From an uncultured virus (IMG/VR IMGVR_UViG_3300007961_000161) (taxonomy: Duplodnaviria > Heunggongvirae > Uroviricota > Caudoviricetes): a stretch of 64,000 bases of DNA. The stretch lies in the IMG/VR virus record IMGVR_UViG_3300007961_000161, one strand, 5' to 3'. Below are positions 63,932 through 64,000 of the stretch, piece after piece (the stretch's first letter is position 1; every line of letters starts with the position of its first letter). Both the position numbers and the translations under genes were made by a program. Under the pieces are notes generated by a model. The model was not told the DNA's origin. It saw only the letters and a list, made by a program, of their open reading frames with translations, and made no database searches.

Positions 63932-64000
63932 ATGGTTTTCCTTTTGTGCCGCATTTCATGCGGTTTCCGATTATGGTTTACTTTAGCTTTCATGCCTTCC

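Larger units (their letters stand above)
1191..64000 (-). mobile_element. Prophage (lambda-like head, P2-like contractile tail, two serine recombinases); far end outside the window
   Basis: Ordered integration, lysis, tail, head, packaging and replication modules on the minus strand; left junction coincides with the hsdM break. Confidence 0.93.

Overview
The window starts with the 3' end of a host lysA gene and the 5' half of a type I R-M hsdM gene. From about nt 1191 to the window end it is one large prophage, inserted into hsdM just before the DPACGSG SAM-binding motif; the other end lies beyond 64000. Left to right the prophage carries: two large serine recombinases with a duplicated HTH-Zn-finger/SHOCT-like gene pair; a ~17 kb low-GC cargo region (sacsin-like ATPase, Upf1-like helicase-PIN, an AcrVA2/FinQ-like fusion protein, HU/IHF, endonuclease I, a membrane protein + ThsB-like TIR, CoiA-like nuclease, and a four-gene R-M-like locus); a holin/spanin/amidase lysis cassette indicating a diderm host; a P2-like contractile tail; a lambda-like head, portal and gpA terminase with a lambda-like cos region; an opposite-strand accessory cluster including an amidoligase; a ParB-methyltransferase; and a replication module (SNF2, VRR-NUC, VapE primase-helicase, family A DNA polymerase, SSB, Cas4-like exonuclease). 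The HU and EndA sequences look Desulfovibrio-like, but the host cannot be fixed from this window. The least explained elements are a non-coding ~185-bp degenerate tandem array between polymerase and primase, the AcrVA2-like fusion, the ATPase/helicase-PIN pair, two unannotated ~30-aa membrane peptides, and a cassette flanked by a duplicated terL 3' end. Family assignments come from motif recognition by eye; no searches were run.
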